Assembly: GCA_043228905.1 (NCBI GenBank)
Contig: JBHGNT010000020.1
Span: forward strand, 9,114,001 to 9,178,000
Length of the DNA: 64,000 nucleotides
Origin: Azolla caroliniana
Lineage: Eukaryota > Plantae > Polypodiophyta
Direction: 5' to 3'
Part shown: positions 21,743 through 31,499 of the stretch, in pieces
Layout: the number at the start of each line of letters is the position of its first letter
How positions within the stretch are numbered: the first letter of the stretch is position 1
Notes under the pieces: model-generated
What the model was told of the DNA's origin: nothing
Seen by the model: the letters and a program-made list of their open reading frames with translations, nothing else
Databases searched by the model: none
Position numbers and translations under genes: made by a program

Positions 21743-24700
21743 TTAGCCCCAACACACATTCGGATTATATCCTCCATGTAGCATTTTGATGGCAGCAGCT
21801 TTCACCAGTTCATACATTTCTTTATTTTGAGAGTCAGTTGTAGTCAGAGAAAACGAATCATCAAGATGCGCATCTGAATATGCCCAAGTCCATATTTGTT
21901 TCTTGTTCACATCACTATATTCCAGTCTCAAAGCGTCAAGTTTTTCTGCATCCTCTTGCATGTCAACAGCTGCAAAAATATTAGCCATAAAAACATAAGC
22001 TGCAGCACAAGTATAATCTAGTTTCACTATCTGATCAAAAACCAATTTCCCAAGCTTTTCATTTTCCCATTTTGTACAAGCACTCAATAATGCTAGCCAA
22101 ACTGAAGGATAATCATGAGACGGCATCGCTTTAATCACAGACAGTGCCTTGTTGAAATGGCCTGCACATCCAAGAACTGATACCATGCATGTGTGGTGTT
22201 CTAAGTTTGGAGCAATGCTATATTTTTCAGTCATATTCCTGAAAAGAAATTGTGCCTCTTCTAATAGTCCTGAGTGGCCACATGAACTAAGCACGCCAAG
22301 GAATGTGACCTCATCAGGAGAGATACCTTGAATTTTCATTTGCTCAAAGCAGTTTAAAGCTTCATGACCTTGCCCTTCCTGAGCATATCCTGCGATTAAT
22401 GTATTCCAAGAGACTACATTTCGATTAGGAAGTTCTTCAAGAACTTGGTGTGCCTTTGCAAATGCACCACATTTGGCATACATATCCACCAAAGCATTTC
22501 CAAGTGATATGTCCTCCTCTAATAAGTCCCTGGTCACATAATTGTAATGAATTTGTTGGCCCTTGTCTATAGCTCCTGTGTTACCACATGCCTTCAATAG
22601 TGAAACGAAGGTTAACGCATCCGGGTAAAAACCCTCTTTTTGCAGTTGCTCGAAACACTGGAATGCTTCATGGCATTGTCCATGTTGAGCATGCGATGCG
22701 ATAAGTGTGTTCCAAGAGACAATGTTTCGGATAGGTAGCTCTTCAGCCACCTGTTGTGCTTTTTTAACCGCGCCACATTTACAATACATGTCCACCAAAG
22801 CATTTCCAAGTGCAATGTCCTTCTCTAACAAGCCCTTACACTTGACTTGCTTGTGAATTTCTTTACCCTTCTCCAAATCTCCTACGCTGCCGCAAGCCTT
22901 CAAGAGGCAAATGAAAGTGACTTCATTTGGTGACAAGCCCTCATTTTGCATGTGTTCAAAAGTGTTTAATGCTCCATAGCCTTGCCCTTGTTGGGCATAG
23001 CCTGAAATGACTGAATTCCATGAAACTATATCTCGGGATGGAAGTTCCTCAAGCAGATTGTGTGCTTTAGCAAGTTCACCACATTTGGCATACATATCCA
23101 ACAAAGCAGTGCCAAGCACAGCATCTGTCTCCAGAAAGCCTCTACCCAGAATCTCATCATGAATTTGTTTGCCCTTCTCTATATCTCCTATACTTCCACA
23201 CGCCTTTAAGATACAAATGAAGGTCACCACATCTGGATAGAGATCTTCGTTTTTCATCCATCCGAAATACATGAATGCTTCGTGATACTGCCCCTGTTGA
23301 ACATAACCTGCAATTAGTGAGTTCCAAGAGACTACATCTCGATCAGGAAGGTTTTCAAGAACTTGTTGAGCTTTTCCTATCAAACCAAGTTTGGTGTACA
23401 TATCAACCAAAGCATTACCAAGAGCAATATCCTTCTCCAACAAGCCCCTATTCACAACCTCCTCATGTATTAAGACAGCCTTGTCTATTGTTCTCATGCT
23501 TCCACATGCTTTCATTATGCAAGAAAATGTGAGGGCATCTGCAGAGAGGCCCTCACTTTTCAACATTTCAAAACAATCTAATGCTTTCTGACCTTGTCCC
23601 CATTGAGCATATCCTGCAATTAGTGCGTTCCAAGACACTAAGTTTCGCATAGGAAGTTCTTCAAGCACTTTATATGCCTCAGCAAGCATCCCAGATTTGG
23701 CATACATATCCACTAGAGCATTTCCAAGAACTATATCCATCTTTAATAAGCCTTCATTCAAAATCTTCTCATGAATTTGTATGCCCTCTTTTATAGCCCC
23801 TGTAGCACCACAAGCCTTTAATAAACAAACAAAAGTGCTTGCATTTGGGGAAAGGCCCTCGCTTTCCATGCATTCAAAACTACTCCATGCTTCGTGACAT
23901 CGCCCATGTTGCACACACCCTGCAATAAATGCATTCCAGGATATTACATCTCTAACAGGAAGCTGTTTGAGTACTTGCTTAGCTTTATCCAATGCATTGC
24001 ATTTGGCATACATATCCACCAATGCTGTACCAAGCATGACATCTTTCTCCAACAATTTTGTACTCAAAAGCTCATCATGAATACATATTCCTTTCTTTAA
24101 ATCTCTTGTGTCACTACAAGCCTTCAAAATAGAAATAAATGTGATTGCATCTGGAGATAGGCCTTCATTTTGCATGTGCTCAAAACATTGTAATGCTTCA
24201 TGACCCCGCTGCTGTTCAGCATATCCTGAAATTAGTGAAGACCAAGAGATTGTATCTCGAAAAGGAAGCTTTTCAAGCACATTTTGTGCTTCTGAAAACA
24301 TATCACATTTAGCATACATATCAACCAAAGCATTACCAATCACAATAGTTTCATCGAGCAAACCTTTACTTACAATCTCATCGTGAATTTGTTTGCCATT
24401 CTCTAAACCTCCTTTATTGCCACAAGCCTTCAAGATGCAAATGAAGGTAACAATATTTGGAGAGACACCTTCACTTTGCATATTCTCAAAACAATTTAGA
24501 GCTTCATAAAGTTTCCCTTGTTGAGCATATCCTGAGATAAGTGCTGACCATGTGACCACATTTCGATAAGGGATCTCCTCTAATACTTGCTGTGCTTTTG
24601 CAAGATTACCGCATTTCGCATACATATCCACCAGGGCAGTTCCAATGACGACATCCTTCTCGAGAAATCCCTTACTAACAATCTCATCGTGAATTTCTTT

Positions 24701-25093
24701 ACCCTTCTCTAAAGCTCTTATGCTACCACAAGCTTTCAATACAGAAATGAAAGTAACATGGTTGGGAGGGAGTCCTTCTCTTTGCATTTGTTCAAAACAG
24801 GTCAAAGCTTCTTGAACTTGCCCATTTTGAATATACCCTGATATTAATGCATTCCAATGGACTACATTCTGGTTGTGGATTGATTCAAGTACTCTTCGAG
24901 CTTTTGCAATGGCGCCACATTTGGCATACATGGTGATCAAAGCACCAACTAGGTAAGGGTTCTTTCCTAACGTCCCTCTTCTGAGGATGTCATTGTGTAA
25001 TTTGGTTCCTTTGTTAAGATCCTTCGTCTTTGCACATGACTTGAGCAAGGAGACAAACATCAAATCTTCTTCCATACTTAACCCTCTTGTCAT
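21743..25093 (-). CDS. PLS-class PPR protein, E/E+ type (1116 aa)
   Basis: Intronless ORF, about 29 L-S-P motifs, E1 'SVWLALLSAC', E2 'AYVFMANIF', E+-like tail ending 'KEMYELVK..KMLHGGYNPN'. Confidence 0.93.
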   Translation of the reverse strand: MTRGLSMEEDLMFVSLLKSCAKTKDLNKGTKLHNDILRRGTLGKNPYLVGALITMYAKCGAIAKARRVLESIHNQNVVHWNALISGYIQNGQVQEALTCFEQMQREGLPPNHVTFISVLKACGSIRALEKGKEIHDEIVSKGFLEKDVVIGTALVDMYAKCGNLAKAQQVLEEIPYRNVVTWSALISGYAQQGKLYEALNCFENMQSEGVSPNIVTFICILKACGNKGGLENGKQIHDEIVSKGLLDETIVIGNALVDMYAKCDMFSEAQNVLEKLPFRDTISWSSLISGYAEQQRGHEALQCFEHMQNEGLSPDAITFISILKACSDTRDLKKGICIHDELLSTKLLEKDVMLGTALVDMYAKCNALDKAKQVLKQLPVRDVISWNAFIAGCVQHGRCHEAWSSFECMESEGLSPNASTFVCLLKACGATGAIKEGIQIHEKILNEGLLKMDIVLGNALVDMYAKSGMLAEAYKVLEELPMRNLVSWNALIAGYAQWGQGQKALDCFEMLKSEGLSADALTFSCIMKACGSMRTIDKAVLIHEEVVNRGLLEKDIALGNALVDMYTKLGLIGKAQQVLENLPDRDVVSWNSLIAGYVQQGQYHEAFMYFGWMKNEDLYPDVVTFICILKACGSIGDIEKGKQIHDEILGRGFLETDAVLGTALLDMYAKCGELAKAHNLLEELPSRDIVSWNSVISGYAQQGQGYGALNTFEHMQNEGLSPNEVTFICLLKACGSVGDLEKGKEIHKQVKCKGLLEKDIALGNALVDMYCKCGAVKKAQQVAEELPIRNIVSWNTLIASHAQHGQCHEAFQCFEQLQKEGFYPDALTFVSLLKACGNTGAIDKGQQIHYNYVTRDLLEEDISLGNALVDMYAKCGAFAKAHQVLEELPNRNVVSWNTLIAGYAQEGQGHEALNCFEQMKIQGISPDEVTFLGVLSSCGHSGLLEEAQFLFRNMTEKYSIAPNLEHHTCMVSVLGCAGHFNKALSVIKAMPSHDYPSVWLALLSACTKWENEKLGKLVFDQIVKLDYTCAAAYVFMANIFAAVDMQEDAEKLDALRLEYSDVNKKQIWTWAYSDAHLDDSFSLTTTDSQNKEMYELVKAAAIKMLHGGYNPNVCWG

Positions 25094-26399
25094 GGTTTTC
25101 CTTCAATTCTTCATGTGTTCGTTCACTTCTGGATATGTCTGTCTCTCTCTCTCTCCATCCGTGCGTGTCTCTGTTTCTATGTTGATCGATCATCACGGCA
25201 TAGCTTCTTCTTCGTTTCTTAAAACTTGTTTAAATTTCATGTTCAATTAAGCTAATCTTTCCTTAATCACCTGGCATAGCTACATTAAGCTAAATCTCTC
25301 ACTGCAATATCGGCTCATTAATCTCGGTTAAAGCTAACCTTAATTATGCTCTCAATCTTTAATTTTAGCTTAATCATGCTCTTGTAGTAGCCCTCGTTAT
25401 GCTTAATTGCATGATTATGAGCTTGGGCTCGTGGTTGCTCATTGCTTTTTATGAGTGCATTATGTACTTGTCGGCGAGTGTGGAACTTCCACCCTTACCT
25501 TCACCTCTCGATCGTGTTTTTATCTAATTAAGATTGATGCCCTCAAATGAATATGCTACCTAGCCATCATGAGCTAGATATAGATAGATAGTTCATGATG
25601 TCCACAAATTTTGTGGTTAAATTATGATATTCAATCTGATTAATTAACCCAAACTTTGCAAGATTTAGCAACAATGTTCAAATGTCACTACTACACATGA
25701 TCCCAAAGCTTTGACGTTTATGTAAGGTTAGGCCAGTCTAGTAGTGGACAAAATGCTTTTCCACAATCATGTCTAAAGGTCAAGGGTAGTATAAGAGTAT
25801 CAACAAGGATGGTAACACTTACCCATGTGGCAACCCCTTTACATTCTCGTGTTATTATGTAAACATCATATGGAGACACGTGGCATTCTCTTTCCTCATC
25901 TTAATATCCAACAATTAGTTAAACGTGTACATGGTTAGGATAGTTGAAATACTTTGATAAAAAACCTAGCCAATGTTGCAAATTTAGGATGTGTGAATCT
26001 TGAATGATGAAGAAGCAACGATTATAGTTTTTGGGGTATTGAGAAAGGGCTTTTCCTCTTGATTGGAAAACATCACTCTCAAATCTAATGCCATGATAGA
26101 CCAAAATGTTTAGAGTTTTATATGAATGATGATGTATTGTGGTCAAACACTTGGGTGACTATAATTGATGACAATATCCTCCAAATGAAAGTTCACCACA
26201 TATGCTCACTATGAGATGATACAAAGACGGATGCAATGATATGCTGGGATTAGTAATATTGGATAAACATGGTGATCACACAACATATCGTGGTTAGACT
26301 AATGAATGACCACAACATACAACAAAACGGCATCTAAATGTTAATTCGACCCCATATGTTCACAACAAGGTGATCTACCTAAGTGAGTAGTATTGTATA

Positions 26400-26720
26400 T
26401 GTTATAGGCATGACCATATAATACCCTGTGGTGAGAATTTACTGTAGTATTCTATACACGTGGATAAGTGTGAGGGTGTTGCTATAAATAGAGGCCTAAC
26501 TACCCTCATTACGTGTGGAAAACCCGAGAGTGTAAAGAAGGGGCGGATTACTTTTAAATCCTCGGGATTGAGACAACCCATTACGCCAAGTGTGAACATG
26601 GCTAGGGGCCTTGGGTATCGCTATAAATAGAGGCCTAACTACCCTCATTTCATTATCCACGTGTATAGAATACTCCGGTAAATTCTCACCACGGGGTATT
26701 ATATGGTCATGCCCGTAACA
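26400..26720. mobile_element. Fold-back/MITE-like element with ~67-bp terminal inverted repeats and TG..CA ends
   Basis: 26400-26466 is the reverse complement of ~26654-26720 (about 5 mismatches); flanks GTATA/ATATA; internal 30-bp direct repeat at 26481 and 26620. Confidence 0.7.
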
Positions 26721-26862
26721 ATATACGAGTGAAGATTGCAAACTGTATCATGGTCACATGCTCGTGGATAACCCCAATAGAGATGAAGAACAATATTAGA
26801 AATGTTGAGTCGACATTGCGTTGTTCACTATGGGGTGATCCCAAAATCTGATTGCAACAATA

Positions 26863-27576
26863 GGCCAAGCTGTTCAATATTCGATACAAGTGATGATTGC
26901 ACCAATGTATCACGGTCAGACTCATGGGTGATTGATGTTAAGTGACGTTTGAATCTCATTGCGATAGGCCAAGTTGTTCAATATTCGATACAACTGATGA
27001 TTGCACCAATGTGTCATGGTTAGACTCATGGGTGATTGATGGTAAGCGACGTCCGAATCTCGCTACGATAGGCCAAGATGTTCAAGTATTCGATACAGGT
27101 GATGATTGCACCAGTGAGCGTGTCATGGGACAGACTCATGGGTTACTGACTATAAAGTAATGTTCGAAGGCCAAGCTGTTCAATATTCAATACAACTGAT
27201 GATTGCACTAATGTATCATGGTTAGACTCATGGGTGATTGATGGTAAGCGACGTCTGAATCTCGCTACGATAGGCCAAGATGTTCAAGTATTTGATACAG
27301 GTGATGATTGCACCAACGAGTGTGTCATGGGTCAGACTCATGGGTTACTGATTGTAAAGTAATGTTCGAAGGCCAAGCCGTTCAATATTCGATACAACTG
27401 ATGATTGCACTAATGTATCATGGTTAGACTCATGGGTGATTGATGGTAAGCGACGTCCGAATCTCGCTACGATAGGCCAAGATGTTCAAGTATTCGATAT
27501 AGGTGATGATTGCACCAGTGAGTGTGGCATGGGTCAGACTCATGGGTTACTGGCTGTAAAGTAATGTCCGAAGGCC
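26863..27576. repeat. Tandem array of 104/98-bp monomers (A-A-B-A-B-A-B)
   Basis: GGCCAAG..TGTTCAA unit starts at 26863, 26967, 27071, 27169, 27273, 27371, 27475; array ends at GGCC 27573-76. Confidence 0.93.
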
Positions 27577-27684
27577 GTTTTGCCACGATGTTCACTACGA
27601 GATAAGAGTACATACATACACATGCATCCATCCATCCATATATATGTACATACATATACATACATATTGAATCCGGACAAGGTT

Positions 27685-27814
27685 TGGGCTATGGAGGCCA
27701 TTTTCTAAGAAGAGCTTTGAAACAAGGCTATGTATGTTCCCAAACCCCCCCCCCCCCCCCCCACCTCTTTGGCTTTGGCCAAATGTGAAAGGAAAAATCT
27801 AAAGAGAAACCCTA
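27685..27814 (+). promoter_or_regulatory. Site II (TGGGCT) and telo-box (AAACCCTA) upstream of RPS7
   Basis: TGGGCT 27685-90 and AAACCCTA 27807-14; this pairing is typical of plant ribosomal-protein promoters. Probable 5'UTR intron at 27921-28049 (GT..AG). Confidence 0.6.
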
Positions 27815-28059
27815 GACAGACCCCTGCCCCCTCCCCTTTTCCATTTCCTTCCTTCTCTCCTCGTCTCCTCCTCTTCTTCTTCTTCTGGTGGTCTCTGCGA
27901 GAACTTCGGTCCTCACGCAGGTAAGATGGAAGCCATTGCCCTGTTCTCTGTTTTCTCCGGGTTTCTCTTCTCTTGTCTCCTTTTACTTACTCGATTTGTT
28001 ACGCGTTACCTACTTCCTCTGTTTCTCTCTCCCTTTTGCTCGTATTCAGATCTGTCACC

Positions 28060-30976
28060 ATGTTTACTGCTCGTAAGAAGATCCATAAGGAGAAAGGCCT
28101 CGAGCCCGATGATTTTGAAGAGTCTGTTGCACAGGTTTGTCTCTCTTCCTTCATCTGTTTCCAGTGTTGCTTCGGTTCTTATATGTAGCTGCGTTTCTCT
28201 AGATTTCCTTTGGTCCCATTGGTTTGGTATGAAGACAGTTTTTTCAGATCAAGCATATAAATTTTATGATCAGTATCGGTTGTTTCACGTGTGTTGTGAA
28301 ACACTGGAATCTTAATTGAACCTTTTCAGGTTTCTAGATTCTTGTTCTCCTATCGGAATTCACTCTTTGGCATCAACTCACAAATATACATATGTGAATT
28401 GTGAACGAGTGCATTTTGTCCCCGAGTTAAAAAAAATATTCGTGATGTAAATGGGTGACTGTTAGGTGATTTCTTGTCTGTGGCCAGCTTTTGCTGTTTC
28501 ATGGGTATTGTGGGGTTCTGAACGATTAAGTTGTTTCTTTTGAGGTTCTAGATCCTTTATGCATTTGAAATCTCTGTTTGGCCATGATGTGAATAGGTGC
28601 ATTTTGGGCAATTTTTTCCCTAGTTCGTTAACTCTTTGACCTCTAAATTAAATCTCTGTTTTCAAAGCCTGCATTTGTATTGTTTGGTGTCATTTTAACT
28701 GTACAAATCAAAATAATCCACGTACAGTGTATGTCCATACATTTCGCTTCTTCTAGCAGAGAACCTGCGGTATCTTGTTTTGTAATGACATGTTCCGTAT
28801 CTCAAAATGTCGTCAATTTTTTTTTGTTTCAAAAGTCTTTGATTTGTGGGATTCTGTGTTTATTTCGAAAACAAGACAATAATTCAGATGCTTTCTAGTT
28901 TCTGCACTGTCAAATATCAGAAATGTGAGACCTGTTTTGTAGCTCTCCCTTCTCAAGTCTACGGTGATCTTTGGAGTGTTCCTTCTGTTTAAGATTAGTT
29001 TGATGGCTAGGCACAGGTTCATTTGTGCCCTGTGATAATTTCTTTTGGTTACACTTGAATCAACTGGATTCTCCGTGCGAGTTTTCACTTTTGTACTTGC
29101 GTCTTAAACCTCACCGAGATCTTAATTTTTTTGTCAGTTTCAAAACCTGTAACTGAGATTACTTGCATTACTGTGATTACTTTGATTTAAACTTAGTTGA
29201 GCTGTTTGAATCGTGATATATCAGGAATATATCGTGTACTGTTTTTTTATTTGATTGCATCTAAATCTATGTTTAATTCTACCTTGTTTGTCAAGGTTTT
29301 CTTTCTGGAAACCGTTTGGTTTATACAACATTACTAATCACTGACACTTCTAATCTGTTGTTATTTCTAAAATTGGTTTTGCTTTGTCCACTGAAGGCTT
29401 TCTTTGGAATTATTTGTTCCTAAGTTCTGTGCATAGTTTGAAACCTTACTTTGAGCTTATATCATCTTCTGATTCTGCATTTGCAACGTTACCTACCTCT
29501 AAATTTCTTTGTTTCTAAATTGTTCTTTGTTTTTATTTTGAAGGCTCTCTTTGATCTCGAGAACACTAACCAGGAGCTAAGAAGTGACCTAAAGGATCTA
29601 TTCATCAATTCTGCAAAGTAAGAGTTTAATATCCTTGTCTTCTTTATTTGAACTTAATTTTAGTTGGCTAAGGAATGCCATGTCTTCTGTTCAGGCAAAT
29701 AGATATCTCTGGAAGCAGGAAGGCTGTCATAATCCATGTGCCATACAGACTGAGGAAATCATTCAAAAAAATTCACAACCGTCTTGTCCGTGAACTTGAG
29801 AAGAAATTCAGTGGCAAGGTATGTCAATGAGTCTTCTTCAATTACTTATTTGATTGAAAATATTATTTTATGTAGAGAAACATGCATATTTAAATATCAA
29901 GCATATACATCTTGCTGGTTCTTAGCATTTAGCTATTTACTGAAGACTAGATACTAATTTTTTCCACATTTAAATAAGTGTAGACAACTTATTGTTAATG
30001 GTTTAAATCATATTCTTGAATGCTGTGTTTTAGGTGCTAAAAATATATTATGAGTCCTTTTTGCTATTAGCTATCTTCTAATTTACTCGTGTTTGCTCCT
30101 TCAGTCACCAATCTCATATTATTTTACTCCTAATGATGTAGATGCAAGCATATACATTTCACTGGTACTTAAAAAGCATTTAGCTTTTTACAAAAGATTA
30201 GATATTAGGTTTTTTCACAACATATAAATAAGTATAAATGACTTATTGTTAATGGTTTAGACTATATTCTGGAATGCTGTGTTTTAGGTTGTAAAAATGT
30301 ATACTATTCCTCCTATTCTCTATTAACTACTTTCTATTGTATTGGTGTTTGCTCCTTCAGTCGCCTATCTTGTGTTATTTTATTCTTAATGATGTATATG
30401 ATTAATTAACCTTTGGAATCCCGTTTTTATGATCTCTGGGATCTGTTATTGAATTATCTGCCTCTTTGCCATTGATCAGGATGTCATTTTCATTGCGACA
30501 AGGCGCATTATGAGGCCTCCCAAGAAGGGAACTGCTACTGCTCGTCCCAGAAGCCGTACATTAACATCTGTTCATGAGGCTATTCTTGAAGATTTAGTCT
30601 ATCCAGCAGAGATTGTGGGAAAAAGAGTTCGTTTCCGTCTGGATGGTTCACGCATAATGCGAGTATGTGTTCATACAATTAGATCCTTTTTTCATCATCA
30701 GTGACATAAATGTTGGCTTTTCAAATTTCATTCCTAACTGTTGGTTCACGCATAATGTGCGCAGGTTTTCATACAATTAGACTTTTTTTTCATTAGTGAA
30801 ATAATTGTTGGGTTTTCAAATGTTATTCCTGACTGTTTTCCTAAATTGTATAGGTATATTTGGACCCAAAGGAGAGGAACAATACTGAGTATAAGCTAGA
30901 GACTTTTGGTGTTGCCTATAAGAAGCTAACTGGAAAAGAAGTAGTGTTCGAGTACCCTGTACAGGAAGCTGCTTAA
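28060..30976 (+). CDS. RPS7: 40S ribosomal protein S7 (eS7), 192 aa; exons 28060-28134, 29544-29617, 29695-29818, 30480-30662, 30854-30976
   Basis: Spliced product [37 protein letters not shown]...[43 protein letters not shown]...[14 protein letters not shown]; all introns GT-AG; total 579 nt. Confidence 0.96.
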
Positions 30977-31499
30977 AGACATTTTATCATAGTTTTTGAG
31001 CTTTCAGTTTTTTTTGCACTTTATGGTGTAAAATTCATTTTGTAGGAGTTCAAGGTATCGATGGAGTCATCATGTGTACGTTTGTCCTCTGTAAGGATAT
31101 ATTAGAGACATCCTTTTTTCTGCAATCTATTTCTAGAAGTGAGGCAAATATGAGCAGCATGGAAATATATTCAATAGGGATCCTATTGCTTCAAATATCA
31201 GATGTGCAAAATCTTTTTGTTATAGATGTGTGCTAACTATGAGGAGCTTTATTATCTATCTGAACTTTCTGAAACTCAATGTATGTATTTGTAATGCACA
31301 TATCCAAAACCTAACTTTGCTAGGAATTCGCTCACAGTTCCTGAAGTTTATACGATTAATGTTAATGTCTTTTAGTTAATGACTGCTGGAAGGTATACTC
31401 CTGTCTTGGTGCTGCTTTTTAAAATGTCACAGAATTCTAGATTGGAAACCTATACCAAAAGAAAGTTTGTATTCGAAATGTGTGTATGAATCCATTTGG

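Noticed and set aside
26863-27576. CRISPR array or C/D-box snoRNA cluster (TGATGA in each unit, occasional CTGA)
   Set aside because: No unique spacers and a eukaryotic context; D boxes are not conserved among units, and I saw no terminal stems or rRNA guides.
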